A stretch of DNA of 63,644 bases, filler included, from Reticulomyxa filosa (GCA_000512085.1; 18 parts of 18 records of this genome joined end to end with filler, not necessarily neighbours in it); one strand, 5' to 3'; shown: positions 40,007-53,409, numbered from the whole stretch's first letter. A program made the numbers and translations. The notes: a model not told the origin generated them from the sequence alone.

Positions 40007-40611
40007 CTGTTGACATTTTTCAAACGTGGTCCCAAAGTTAGTCAATTCTTCTATAATTACGTTGATTTTGGAATCAAGATCTTTCCATTTTTAAGATTGT
40101 TAAAATTTTTAAAAAGTTTTTGAAACTTTTTATGTTTTTAGTTGTAATTTATCGTCTTTTTGTTTTATGTATTTTGTTTTGTTGAAATCATTTTGATGAA
40201 CGTCTAACACAAATTCACAATTCTGACAAAAAAACAATTAAAAAAAATTCAATTAAAAAACTTTGTTTTTTATCTTTATCGTTCTTAATATAACAATCAT
40301 TTATTTTTTTTTCTTGTTTTGATGCATTTGTTCACTAATTTTGCTATTTGTTTCAAATTTCATGATTACTGGACAGCAAAGTTAACATTTAAATATTTAC
40401 AACATCAATAAAATTCAGATAATGAAGGAAAATAGCAATTGTTTCTAAGAGTAGATTTAAGGAATTGATTTTTGTGATCAATTGAAATATCTTTATGTCA
40501 TATTTCTTTTACTTTTTTGAAAAATGGCATTTGCATTCATTGATTGGAAAAAACTTTCTGCATAACGACTTGCATAAACTTACTGTCCCACAACAAAGCA
40601 AGACAACATTA

Positions 40612-43600
40612 CTAAGTATAAGACTTGGAAAATTTTGCTCTATAAGCGTTAACGAGCGCAGAGCCATTCGCTCCTCCCGCATTTTTGAGTACTTCCTCAG
40701 AAATTAAGTCGGTTAATTGATCTGAACCCTTATTTGAACGAATTTCCAATTTTTCGCATCGACCATCTGTAATATTAGCAATCTGCATAAAATTCTGTTG
40801 CGCTTTTCGCCCAATATAAAAAGCATGGACTGGGATATTACGTTGTCTCAAAAGTGCAAGTTCATCTTCGTAATATGTGGGATGAGAGAATAATTTTGTA
40901 TTTCCCCAATAATTTTCTCCAAATTTATCTTTTCTTTTAATTATTACTTCTTCTTTTGTATTTGCTGGTGCGTCCCCAATCAAAATGATCTGTGAAACAG
41001 CTTCTTTCTTATTTTGTTTATTGACATGGGCCAATCCAATTTCAATAGCTTTACTTCCCCATCCATAGTCAGCCTTAATACTTTCCATAAAATTGCGAAG
41101 ATTTTCAGGTTTAGATTCCCAAGTGGAGGACTGCAAAATCATATCTTCAGGAGCATTGTAATTTCGATACACAACAAATTGCATTTCAAAACTGTTTGGA
41201 GGTTCTCCATTTTCTTTTAAAATAATTGAAATACGTTCAAATATTGTGCTCACTGTATTTTTAACTTTTTGTAACAAATGATCCATCGAACCAGTTGCAT
41301 CCATAAGCACTATTGTACGTGAAGATTTTTTCTCTCTCGCTCTGTTCCGTTCACATAATATTTTCTTCACAGTATTTACATCGTTTATTTTTACAGCGGT
41401 AATTAATTTCTCGGCCAGTTCATGCTCTTTTGAAGCATATTCCACAAATTGTTTGTTCTCATCATATTTAGTTTTGAAGAACTCATTTCGCTTTACATCG
41501 AGCATTGGATACAAGTCGCCTGAATTACGCGCATTTTCAATATCTTGTTGCGTGATCAAGAATTTTTCAAGTGATTTATCACACAATATCAAACTGTAAG
41601 AACCAGAAGTTCCTTGTCTTGCTGTACGTCCCTTGATTTGCACTTCCTCAGACAACTCCTCAGAAAGGAAGGTTTGAATCACATGAGGTCCACCATTAGC
41701 AGACACAATTTGATCACAACAGTAAAAATCTGTTCCTCTTCCAAATGCTTTGGTAAATAATCCTACTTGGCCAGAACTGGTGGCACGCTTAACGAGAGAT
41801 TCTTTGGCGTCGGGAGATGTTTCTTCAGTCATTACAAGTGCCTCTCCTTTCATTGCAAGAAAATTGGATGATTCATGAAACTCAGTTAATTGTTTGTTGC
41901 TCTCAAAGAACACCAATACAGCTCGTTTTGTTCCTTGTGTTTTTCCAACAAGCCGATCATCAATTTCTTTTTTAAGAGTAATGAAATAATCATTTTCATT
42001 CACAATGGAAATATCCTTTTGTTGTGCAAAGACAAGATTATTATCACCAAATGAAGATGGCATGTAAGTATGTTTGGAAATATGATACTCTTTCTCCACT
42101 ACTTCTTGTTCAGATGCACTCAACGTTTTCAATGTCCTACTCACACCTATAATACGATAGAAATTTTTGGGAACCTCGGCATACGAAAAATTTCCAATTT
42201 GGAATGAAAGGAATATATTGTTTTTTAGACTTTCGGTACTGATTTTATTTTGTGCATGTTCATGATAATACGCAAATAAAGTCTTGTAACCACATCGAAT
42301 ATTGTAAGAAATACCATCTTGTTCTTTGTATCCAATTTTATCATTGCTTATTTGATATCCATGAGATAAAAAGTTTTGAACATCGCTCAATATATCTTTA
42401 ATCGCTTCATCCAACAATGAATCCCATTCCTTCAATACATTACAACATGCCTTGTATTCATTGCATTGTTTTACCTCCTCCAAAGTTAAATCCGACTCTC
42501 TATATTCCCAAATGAAATCAATAAGTTTGGTGATGGAATCATGTCGTAATGTAGCTGCAGCTGAATAGTAGCCGCCATAAAAGTTTTTGTTGAAAAACAC
42601 ATCGACCTCATCGATTAAAAGTATCTTTGAGCGAATAGGTTCAACAGTTTTTTTCTCGTCATCATTTCCAGGAAGGATAAAATTTTCAACAAGTTTACAC
42701 ACAGCACTTCCTTCAATAATCCTTTCACAAATCTTGTTGAATGTGCCATAATGAATGTGACTAATTACACCTAAGATATTAAATAATTGCTCAAAACTTT
42801 TGAAATCTCTATTGCTCAAGTATCCACTGTATGAAGCGCAACTCACATCAAAGCCGAGTAATGCTAATACACAACAAGTAACTGCCAAAGTCACTGATTT
42901 TCCTTCTCCTGTTCCAATTTGAATCAAGCGATTTGTTAATCCATTTTTGTTTTCAACACCCAACATGCGGAATATGGAAATTACTTGAGCTGGATATGGT
43001 TGTTTCAAATAAAGACTTTGATCTTCCACTCCTTGTGCATCATGATAGCATTGTGCATGTTGAAGTGTCCACAATGCAAAAATATTGGCTATTATTTCAG
43101 GGATTTTGTTTTGAATGTTTGTGTCCCATCTTTCATCCTCTGGCCTTTGTTCGATACCACCAGCACATATTCTTACATTAGTTGCAAGTGTAGAGAGTCT
43201 AGGATCTTTTTTGGCTTCGGTCAGATTGTCACGCACAAGTTGGCGATATTTTGTATTAAATTCATCGTACATTTTTTTCAAGTTCGATGTATCTATTGGA
43301 TCATCTTTTTCTCTAATCTTTTCCAAAACATAGTCAATTCCATGCGCTTTGATTTTTTGATTGAATAATGCATCTTCAGGAATAACATCAATGATATCAT
43401 CAGAATCGTTTTCACTTTCCATTTGCTTTGCCATGGTCTCAACAACAAGTTGGAATACAGTCAAACCATTTCGATTTAGTAACATACTTTCCCAAATGCT
43501 TTTCAACTCTCGTTCGCTATCAATTGTATTGCCTTTATCTTTGGCATTTCGGAATAACACATATTTGTCATTGAGATCAAATTGTTTTATTACAAATTGC

Positions 43601-44070
43601 TTCATTTCTACAAATTCTTTGTTCCAATTATACGTACTAATGTCAGCAGACATTGGTGGATTGAGAGGAATCCAACTCACACGATTATTGTTGTACTCAA
43701 ATACCAAGCACATCTTTTTATTTTATTCATTTAATACACAAGAAATCTTTTTTTTAAATAACATTAAATTTTAAAAAAGTAAAATAAAAACGAAACAACG
43801 AGAAGTTGAAGAGTGTGTAAAGTATTATCAATCGAAAATTCATCAAAATAATCCTTTAATTCTTCGGCATTTTCAATTCTATCATCTCTATCATTTACTC
43901 TCGACATCAAAAAAAGTTTTTCCTTATTTTTTAATTTCAAATGTTCGAATACTTTATTTCGTAATTCACTCCAATTTTTTTTCCATACATCTTTGACTAT
44001 TGCTTCATTTGCGTCATTCACATGTCTTGGAGTGAATTCAAATATCAATGTGACACCATCCGTTATTTGA
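40612..44070 (-). CDS. SecA-like SF2 ATPase with two N-terminal PB1-like modules and a C-terminal vWA domain
   Basis: 1033-aa exon with PYPAQ, Walker A QIGTGEGKS (42895-42915), LLIDEVD (42601-42612), FGRGTDF and EEVQIKGRTARQG (41611-41631). vWA: VLMDATGSM (41284-41304), IILIGDAP, IPVHAFYI. An upstream exon (43797-~44070) splices in frame through intron 43714-43796. The 5' end is lost at the contig end. Confidence 0.9.
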
Positions 44071-44339
44071 AATTTTTTTTCTTTGATTTTCTTTTGTGTA
44101 TTTTTTTACAAAACAACATTTATCCATTTTTTTTTTAGAACAAAAAATTACTCCACTTTTATCANNNNNNNNNNNNNNNNNNNNNNNNNNNNNNNNNNNN
44201 NNNNNNNNTTAATTAATTAANNNNNNNNNNNNNNNNNNNNNNNNNNNNNNNNNNNNNNNNNNNNTATTTGTATTTGTATTTGTATTTTCTTTTCATTGTC
44301 TATTTATCTCTTTTTGTTGCGGGGTCAATGAAATGTAAT

Positions 44340-45226
44340 AGGTCAAACACTTTAGATTATTGAAAGTCTTAAACGGACACTCGTTTTGGGTGAGTTGTGC
44401 AAAATTTTCACCTGATGGAACGAAGCTTGTGTCGGGTTCATTTGATAAGACAGTTCGAATATGGGATATAAAATCGGGAAGGGAATTGCAATTGTTGGAA
44501 GGACATTCGGATTGGGTGAGTGATGTACAATTTTCACCAGATGGGACAATGGTTGTATCGTGTTCGAAAGACCAAACAATTCGATTATGGGATGTGCAAA
44601 CAGGAATGGAATTGAGACAATTGGAAGAGCGTGCAAAGGCAATCACAAGTGCTCAATTTTCACCGGATGGCAAAACACTTGCATCCAGCTCTTTGGATCA
44701 GACAATACGAGTATGGGATGTAAATTCTGGATTGTCACTTGGACATTTTCGAGGACATGCAAATGATATCAATAATGTGCAATTTTCACCAGATGGACGA
44801 CAGATTGTATCAGCTTCACATGATCAGACCATTAGAATATGGGATGCACATTCGGGAGAAAAACTCAATGAATTGGTTGGACATTCGAACATTGTGTGGA
44901 AAGCACAATTTTCTCCAGATGGTAAAACTATTGTATCTTGTTCAAGAGATAAAACAATTCGAATATGGGACACACACTCAGGAAAAGAATTAAAAACATT
45001 GCAAGGACATGCAAATGCAGTCATTGATGTCAAATTTTCACCAGATGGTACAACTCTTGTATCGGGCTCATATGATCACACTGTTCGGGTATGGGATGTC
45101 AACTTGGGACATGAAATACAAAGATTGGAGGGACATTCCAATTGTGTCATAGGAATTGATATTTCACCAAATGGTAAGCTCATGGCGTCATCATCTTGGG
45201 ATAAGACAATACGACTGTGGGAATGA
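44340..45226 (+). CDS. WD40-repeat protein (7 blades), 5'-truncated
   Basis: Seven regular GH..WV..V.FSPDG..LVS.S.D.TIRIWD repeats. Confidence 0.95.
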
Positions 45227-46409
45227 TACAATTTCATCTTTACACAAAAAAAAATTCAATTTTTTCAAAAATTCATATCTATTGCATATAAATCAGAGAT
45301 AAATGACTCGTTTAATTTTAAAGAGTTTCAAATTTTTTTTTTTTTTTAACACAAAACAAAGCCAACATTATTTTGTCAATATTCTAGCTTGTCGATATTT
45401 TGTCATTAATCTTGTATTCCATTTCTAATTTTATGTACCACAATTGGATTACTTTCTCTTGTCCATTTGGTGAAAATTGCATGTCACTCACTCCATCTGC
45501 GTGTCCTTTCAATTTTTGGATTTGAATCAAAAAAAAAAAAAGAATCGTTTTATCCCTGGAATATGCAATAGTTTCATAATCACCAGCATTTTTAATGGTT
45601 TAGTTAAGTAATATTGCATTCATCTTTTATGCACAAGAAAGTGTGATTTGAAATTTTTAAAAAATTACAATGGCAAGTATGGTATTGTCAGCCAATGCTG
45701 AATTTTGCACTATAAACAATACCTGAATGTTCATTAAGGATGTGAATTTGTTTATTGTTATCCATTCTATTTGTCCATCTTGGTGAGTTTCTCATTCTTT
45801 TCTTGCAATAACTTAATGAGTTGATAACTGTTTACTTTCCTTTTCATTGAAATCTTTTTTCATAATTTCAAAGTAAGCACGTATTTTGAGTAATTCTTGT
45901 TGAGAATTCTCTTTGTAATTTTTTTATTTCATTATCTTTTGTTCATTTTGTCCATTAATTGCGCTGTCAAAATGGAATTTTAATTTCGAGACTAAATGTT
46001 GTTGTAATTTCTGTTTGGACACATCCAAACGATTTATGCTAACAATAAATAATTTTAAAGAACAAGAATTGGCCAACTCTTTGATTTCCTTTAAAATTAC
46101 ATGTTATTTTTCCATCCTCTTCTTCTAGCTGTTGTTATTTTGTGAATGAGACTTGGAAACTAGCAGAAGAAGTAAAAAAAATATGTTTTTCGGCCTTAAT
46201 GAAATTCCAAATGACTGCGTTATTTTGCTTTTAAAACATGCTCATCATATTTCCAAAGTAAATCTCAATTGTACAACGAGTGTAGGCGATTCAGAAAAAT
46301 TATCTTGTGATCAAGAATATTATTCCAGACAGAAGTAGTGGGTGAGGATGAAAGCAATGTTTCAGTTTAGAATCTTTAATAAAAATAAGACATTTCAAAC
46401 AAGTTAGTG

Positions 46410-48231
46410 ACAGAGGAAAAAATAGACATACATTGATGAAATATGTAAGTGTTTGGAGTAATACATCAAATAAGTCAAAAGAATCCAACAATTACAATCG
46501 ATTGGTCCCTTTCACAGACAATAACAATAATCCAATTATCATTGGAAGAGATGATGATTATTATTTTGGAGCGCGTGCATTGATTGGTAGAACCAACAAT
46601 AATTTGTTATTTATCACTTATCTTGGTAATAATATTAGTGTGTTTGATTTAAATACATTTCGATTTATTAAACATGATACCTTACCAACTATGAATACAA
46701 TTTTATTTCATTGCTTTGTATCAAATTCAGAAAATGGAAAAAGACAAGAAATGATAAAAACAAATAAACAAAATTATCAAATGCTGTTTTTTGTAAGGGA
46801 ACAGGATTATCAGTTGAATATGATGAAGATAACAACAGTTTTCAATTTCATCAACTACATACTTATGAGAATATTGAATCATTTCATAGATACGCATATG
46901 TGTGTATCAATGGTGTCATCTTATTTTTTGGTGGATGGAATATTAATAATGGTGTTTGTTCAAAATCAGTATACAAGTATTCAATTCGAGAAAACAAATG
47001 GACGACATTTCAAAACACTTTACCCAGTCCATTATATGATTGTGTTGCAATATTGAGTGAAGACAACAAGTATGTGCATATTATTGGAGGATTAAATAAT
47101 GAAGACAAACCAGTGTTAACACAAGTGAAAATTGAAGTGAGTGAATGGTTGAGTAAAGAAGAATTGAAAGTGGAAGAAGATGAAGAGAAAGAGAACGAAG
47201 AGGAAGAAGAAAAAGATAGTAACAGTGAAATGAACAAACTTGTAAAAAAAAAGGATGTAAAAGTTAAGTATTAATGTCAGTTTTAGTAATATGATTGTTT
47301 TGAATTTCTTATTTTGATACAAGGAAGATGTATAAAAAAATCATCTTTTTTAAACTGGAAACAAATAACTATGCGACAAAAAGAATGTAAATGTTGAATA
47401 TTTTTTATTTTGTTTTATTTGCACTTGATGTATATCCAAATTAAATAAAATCCAGGAAAATTTGAACAAAGTGATGAAATGGTGGAATGAAAGAGAACAA
47501 AAGGATAAAACAAAGATAATTGAAAAATTTAAAACATTATCAAATGAAAAATTTGGAGTATGGTTATTGAATGAACATAAATGGAAAAATGAAATCACAA
47601 AAGATGATATTGATTTTATTTGTTTTTCAATTGATTCTTATCTTTCTCTGATCACAAACAATGAAGACATAAAAGAAGAAAAGGAAGTTAATAAATTGTG
47701 TAGTATTTTATTCTTATTTTTTCATCTGAATTATAATAACAAAATACAAAATAGTTGACAACATATGTGAAAGTAAATGAAAGAGAAACATTGATAAAAA
47801 TGAAAGAACTGACATTTGAAGAACTTCTTCGTCAAAGTTATTATTGCTTGGAATGGAAAGATATTCAAAAGATGAGAAATGAACATATAAAGCTTGATTT
47901 AAACAATATGAAAGATAATATGATTGAATCAGACAATGATGTGAAAAGAGAATTTTAAAAAAAAATCAACTTTCATTTAAAATAATTTGGAGTCCAATAG
48001 GTGGAAAAATGAAAACATTAAAAATGCATTGGTAATGATGATTGCAATTAGTGAATATAATGATAACACAAAATGGCCTAATCTTCCAAATGTGAAAGAA
48101 GAAGATTTAAAAAAATTTCAAACAATTGTTTGAAAAAGAATTGAATTATGAATTTGAATGCAATCAAATCCGCAAATGACAAAACAAGGTGTGCAAGGAT
48201 TTTTAGCCAAACAATTGCAAAGCATGAACTT
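46410..48231 (+). pseudogene. Kelch, acidic linker, helical domain, PB1-like, caspase-like (peptidase C14) locus; frameshifted and 3'-truncated
   Basis: Kelch blades at 46433-47150 with a frameshift near 46790. Exon 47755-47990: TYVKVNERETLIKM..DNMIESDNDVKREF. From 48023, NALVMMIAISEYNDNTKWPNLPNVKEEDL..LFEKELNYEF resembles the first strand and helix of a caspase p20. Catalytic His/Cys would lie beyond the contig end. Confidence 0.7.
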
Positions 48232-48383
48232 NNNNNNNNNNNNNNNNNNNNNNNNNNNNNNNNNNNNNNNNNNNNTTAATTAATTAANNNNNNNNNNNNN
48301 NNNNNNNNNNNNNNNNNNNNNNNNNNNNNNNAAATTTTAATAAAATTCTTTGGTGGTGGTGGGGGGGGGGGGGGGGAAAAAAA

Positions 48384-48684
48384 ATGTTAGGGATAAGTGA
48401 AAACCATGACGCCGATGTGTTGGACGGCTTTATTTGCAATGACAGCAGCGGCAACTACTCGCGCTGCACGACGACGGAGACGATATCGGAAGCGTTTTCA
48501 CGTGCAGGCGGCGACGCACTGCTGCGATTGTCGAACAAGATAACAGTGTCGTTTCCGTTCGAAGCATGCAACAACGTGTACGCGAAGCAGAAGTTCAAGT
48601 TGATTGACATTGTGACGGGAAGCGAGGAGTTTTCACAAGACTTTTGGGTGTCTGCAGAAGACTTGCGACTGACACCAACCGACC

Positions 48685-48719
<35 letters not shown>

Positions 48720-51662
48720 CGTCAGAAGATGAAGAAAAGGCAGACAAGCAAGGATTGATAGTAATGATCGAAAAGCATAACGTGCCAATCAAAGTAGAGA
48801 TTGTGACGAATTCCCAAGAATGTCAAAATGAGGCCATGGCATACTACCAACATATGATCCAAGATATGTTGCATGCGCTGCGTGGTGTGAGTGATGCAAT
48901 CAAACTGAAAGACTTTGCATCCGTGATTGAAAGCGAATTGAAAAGTTACGACAGTCGCATTGAAAAGGTGACACAAGAGCCGGTTCAAAAGCAAGAGCTG
49001 GTAGAACGAATTCGCATGCTCATGGACGCAGCCACCCCGGAGGCCAGACGAGAACGTGCCGAACTGATGCAAACGTACAAAAAACTCAATCAAGCCTGGC
49101 GCGAACATCGCAGACTGCTCACCGATTTCAACACCACGCACAACTCGCTGAAGCAGCTGCTGCGCGACATTCAGGTGGGCACTGTCCGCGTCCAGGAAAT
49201 ACGACAACATATCCTCGACCTCCACTTCCGCAAAACGCACGCAAAGCGTCTCGACAGACTCATCTTATCCGAAGAACAGCTCGAGAAACGACAGGAAATG
49301 TACGACCAACTCGAACCGCCCACCGATGAGGAGGTCCAAGATGTCACCGACGAACTGGGCACAGGATGCTATCTCAGCACTCTCACACGCAGGGAAGTCG
49401 TCTTAGATGGAGACCCCTTGTGGCTGTCCGGACGTGTCAAACGAGAAGGAGGGGCAGCCGTCAGCAATCCCGAGTTGATCATTGTTCAGTATGTCTCCCC
49501 CGATTTGGTGTCCGAGTCTTATTTCAAAATGGCTTTAGAAACAAAACCCGAAGGGTAATGTATACGTATATACGTATATGTACATATTTATATACATATA
49601 TGTATATGTACATATATATGTATTGTATACATGCAATAGATTTGCTGACTCGTCACGAGAAATTGTCAACTGCAGATTATTCCCAATTTATGCAAATAAG
49701 GCACATTTGAGCTCTTCCAAACCTTACATTCATGAAGGATTGGCTCATACCTTGTCCGGCAGGGTTGATATTCGTGTTGTTGATTATGGAGTTTTGTATC
49801 ATGCCTTTTTTTTTTTGTGTGCTGTTTTCCCCCCCCCCCCTTTTTTTTGTAACTGGAAAGAAAGATAAAATGTTGTTTTTGAAATACAGTCGTTGTATGC
49901 GGTGTTGGGCCACATGATCTCGAAAGAGCCTCCCACACATAAAACCTTGAGTCGAGTGTTCGATGACATGTTACCAAGCATGGAACTGTTCTCCAACAAC
50001 GTATGTTTTTTTTTTGTTCGCTGCTATGCAGACGAGCTGCAAGCCATATTTACTATTGTGTTGCAATTCCAACAAACAAACAAAAAAAAGGCGTATTCGA
50101 AACCCTACAAAGAGATGCACAACCGAGAACCAGACACTTCAGGCGCTCGAGTCCCAATCTCGCAATTGAGCCGACAGCGATTGGAGCGATACAACGAACA
50201 TGCCAAATGTCGAACGACAGGTAAAAAAAAAAAAAAGAGAGACTTTTTTTTACATGCACACATGTATATATGTACATATATATATATATATAATAAATGC
50301 ACGTAATGCAAATATGATTACAGCTTTGGTGTCGAATGCTACCGTGTTGTTTGCGGATAAATTGCTGAACATGGACATCGAGTTGAGCAAGAACTTCTGG
50401 TTCGGATTAGTGTTGCAGAGATTACGACATGTAACAAGAAGCCAGATCCCTCGTGAGATGGAGCGTGCTGACGAGGCCAAAGAGGTCGAAAAGAAGCACT
50501 TAAAAGTATTGCAAACGATAATCCGTGGCATCGAATCCGAATTGTCCGATGAAAAGACAGTAGAGTCGCACTCGTCTTCCTCTATCGCCTCCGAGTGGAC
50601 GTATACAGACCATCAGTTTTACTCGCCGTTCAAAATCCCATCGCAAGTCCAAAGCGAACACATTGACCCCTCGTCCATGGCCAACTGGAATCCCACGCTC
50701 ATCACGTCCGCTCAGTTGGACGTGTGTGGACAGTTCCTCGGAAAGATTGACATCACCGATATTTTGCAAGCACATCACTTTTTCACTGTTTTGGAAGACT
50801 TGAACGACTGCACTGACATTGAAAAGAATTTCGAGAAATTTAAATTGTTATGACATGGTTTTTTTTTTTTTTTTTTCAAAAAAACAGAGGTGGAATATGA
50901 AAGATGGAGGGGAGGGGGGGGGGATATTAAGCCAAATATTTCAAATGTTATGTTTGTGACTTTGAACACAGAAATACTCCGACAAACAATATCAAACACT
51001 TATTCAAAGCATTGGGAATGGACTTGAATTTGAACATTGTTCGCGCTTTGTGTGGCATTGCGTTAATCGCTCCGTCAAACCAAACCTATCAAAGTCAGTT
51101 GTCCATGTTCGACGGAAATATCTTATTAGACAAACCTGAGTCAATTATCACTGAGCTGAACAACACTGTCGTCGCCAACATTAAATATGAGCATGAAGTA
51201 TGGCTTGAAAACAAACGCTTGCAAGAGTTGCACGAAATACATACCAATCCAATTTTGCCAGACAATGTTGATGCACTTGGCAACTTGCCTTACCTTAAAT
51301 GCGGATGGTCGAAATGTGGTAAAGAATTTGACAATCGCGACAAATTATTAGGTAAAATTTTTTTTTACGTTTTGTTTTAATTTCAAAAACATAAAAAAAT
51401 CCACACATCAAGATCGCTCTCTAATTTTATTTTATTTCTTTTGACAGATCATGTGAAACGATGCATCACTCACCCTTTCCTCCATCGCTTCCATTTGCAC
51501 TGTCGCGCTGTTCTGGAACCAAATCCTTCGATCAACTTTGATTCCTTTGCCAAACAAGTCAAAGAAAAATTTGGCGAAGAAAAGTCCAAATTAATTGACA
51601 CACCGGAACTGGAATGCTATTACAAACAATTTCAACCACTACTCAAAAGCTTAATCAAGTGA
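48384..51662 (+). CDS. Large multi-exon hypothetical protein with coiled coil and C-terminal C2H2-like zinc finger, 5'-truncated
   Basis: About 8 GC-richer exons. C-terminal CGWSKCGKEFDNRDKLL|DHVKRC. Apparent frameshift next to the (CAA)n tract near 48680. Confidence 0.7.
48684..48720. repeat. (CAA)n coding microsatellite
   Basis: About 12 CAA units. Other tracts include (GTC)n ~57880-57920, (TTC)n ~58602-58650, (GACGTA)n 58829-58853 and (AAC)n ~62100-62148. Confidence 0.95.
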
Positions 51663-52400
51663 TTTTGTGTGTTCCTTGATTCTTTTTTATTTTCTTTTTT
51701 ATTAGAAGATTTTTTAATGCACTTTGGAGGCATAGCCAAATTAAAAGAGTCTCGTGTTGGCTTTTCATTGCCTCACAAGCATACATAATGCATTATGAAC
51801 CTAATTTTCATACAAAATTATTTTGTTTTCTCTTAACTGACTTTGATAATCGCAAACTGAGTCTCTTTTGTCCATGTGTAAAAAAAAATAGCTACTAAAA
51901 AGAATCTTTTGAGGAAAAACTTTTCCAACTGTCGTTTTTTATCGCATCTACTGCGATTTGTTTCTTTTGTTGTAGTTGCAAAAGATCTTCACTGAATTAT
52001 TCGATGCGTGAAAGCATTGATTAACAGTTTATCTATCATGTTGTATTCGAGTGTCCACGCATGATTTAAATGGATAATGCATAAAAAAAAGAGTAGCTTT
52101 TTAAAGATTTTCCAAAGTTTTTGTTCACAATGATTCGTGAAAAATCGTTTTTTGCACCAGATTGGAATTTCTTACTTTTAAGATTTATTACTTTTTCAAT
52201 GTTCCACAAAAAAAACACATTACTATTTACCTAATTGAATCGCAGTCTTTGCTAAAATTGAATATTTCATACATTTTAGCTTACATTTCTTTAATTTGAA
52301 AGATTTATAAAAGATTCTAGCGAGCCTTTAAACCATGCAAGCATTGCAATGACTTGTGCGTTGTCACTTGTGTACAATGAATTTTATTTTGTGAATACGT

Positions 52401-53044
52401 TTGCAGTTTGAATTGCCTCACCCGCAGTTGAAAAGTTCTTTTGTGGAACAGCCAAATGGTGCCCATTCAAAATTCAGCACTTTTTTTTCCCTGGACATTC
52501 TGCCACTTTTTTTCAGATTCATTATAGTTTATGGTTCATTTTATTGCATCTTTTATGACAACGCCACTGTGAAAGCAATCCAACAGTGTACCACTACAAA
52601 AAACACCACAGCAAGTTTACTGAAACGAAAACCATCAACAAATAGAAATACCAGCACCCAACAAGAATGGACTGCATTGAGCAAAGTCGAATTGTAAATG
52701 AGCACTTTCCGCATGATGACAATAACAACACCTCAGCCAGCATATCTGCGAGTTCGACAGTCACAACCACCACCGAGCCTCCGCCACTCAAGCGTCGAAA
52801 ACTGGCTGCGAACGGTGAAGCTGTTTCGGCCCATGTGCAGCTGCCAAGTGAGACGATGGCAATAGGAAATGTCATTCCTGTGTCACCAAACGAACTTTGG
52901 AACTTACCCCAATTCGACGTGACATTTCATGGGCAGACGCCCTCGTTTACATCATTCACCTTTCCTTCTGCAATGGATCCACCCTCCTTCAGTTCTTTGT
53001 TACATACCGTCACGCATTATCGCGTCTTCACTATTTTTTTTTAA
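52401..53044 (+). CDS. Hypothetical low-complexity protein fragment
   Basis: S/T/P-rich ORF with NLS-like PPLKRRK. GC-richer than its flanks. Confidence 0.35.
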
Positions 53045-53409
53045 ATTCAATAAAACTAAATGATTTAAAAAATTTATTTTAAAGCCAAACAAAAAAAAAA
53101 AAAAAAAANNNNNNNNNNNNNNNNNNNNNNNNNNNNNNNNNNNNNNNNNNNNTTAATTAATTAANNNNNNNNNNNNNNNNNNNNNNNNNNNNNNNNNNNN
53201 NNNNNNNNACAATAATTCAACTTTTCATGTATTTCATCTTCTTTGCTCAATTCTTTTAAAGAACTGATGTTTTATGCTTGAAAACAGAAATATATGGTTA
53301 AGAAAAGACAATATAAAATGATAATTAATCAATCACATAAGGGAAATAACAAATAATACTTTCATTGTTATCTTACATAAAAACTTAAAAAATAGTTTTA
53401 GTCATATCA

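Noticed and set aside
40612-43713. Canonical secA or a bacterial contaminant
   Set aside because: It has an in-frame spliceosomal-type intron upstream, host repeats on the same contig, a vWA in place of the SecA C-terminal domains and no operon context. No gene symbol assigned.
45800-46150. TRAF-type zinc finger / coiled-coil remnant on the minus strand
   Set aside because: Only scraps (TCNFKG, SFGC) are readable, which is not enough to call.
40612-48231. SecA-vWA, WD40 and Kelch-caspase genes as a physical gene cluster or operon
   Set aside because: A linker at 44165-44264 separates them, so the adjacency is artificial.
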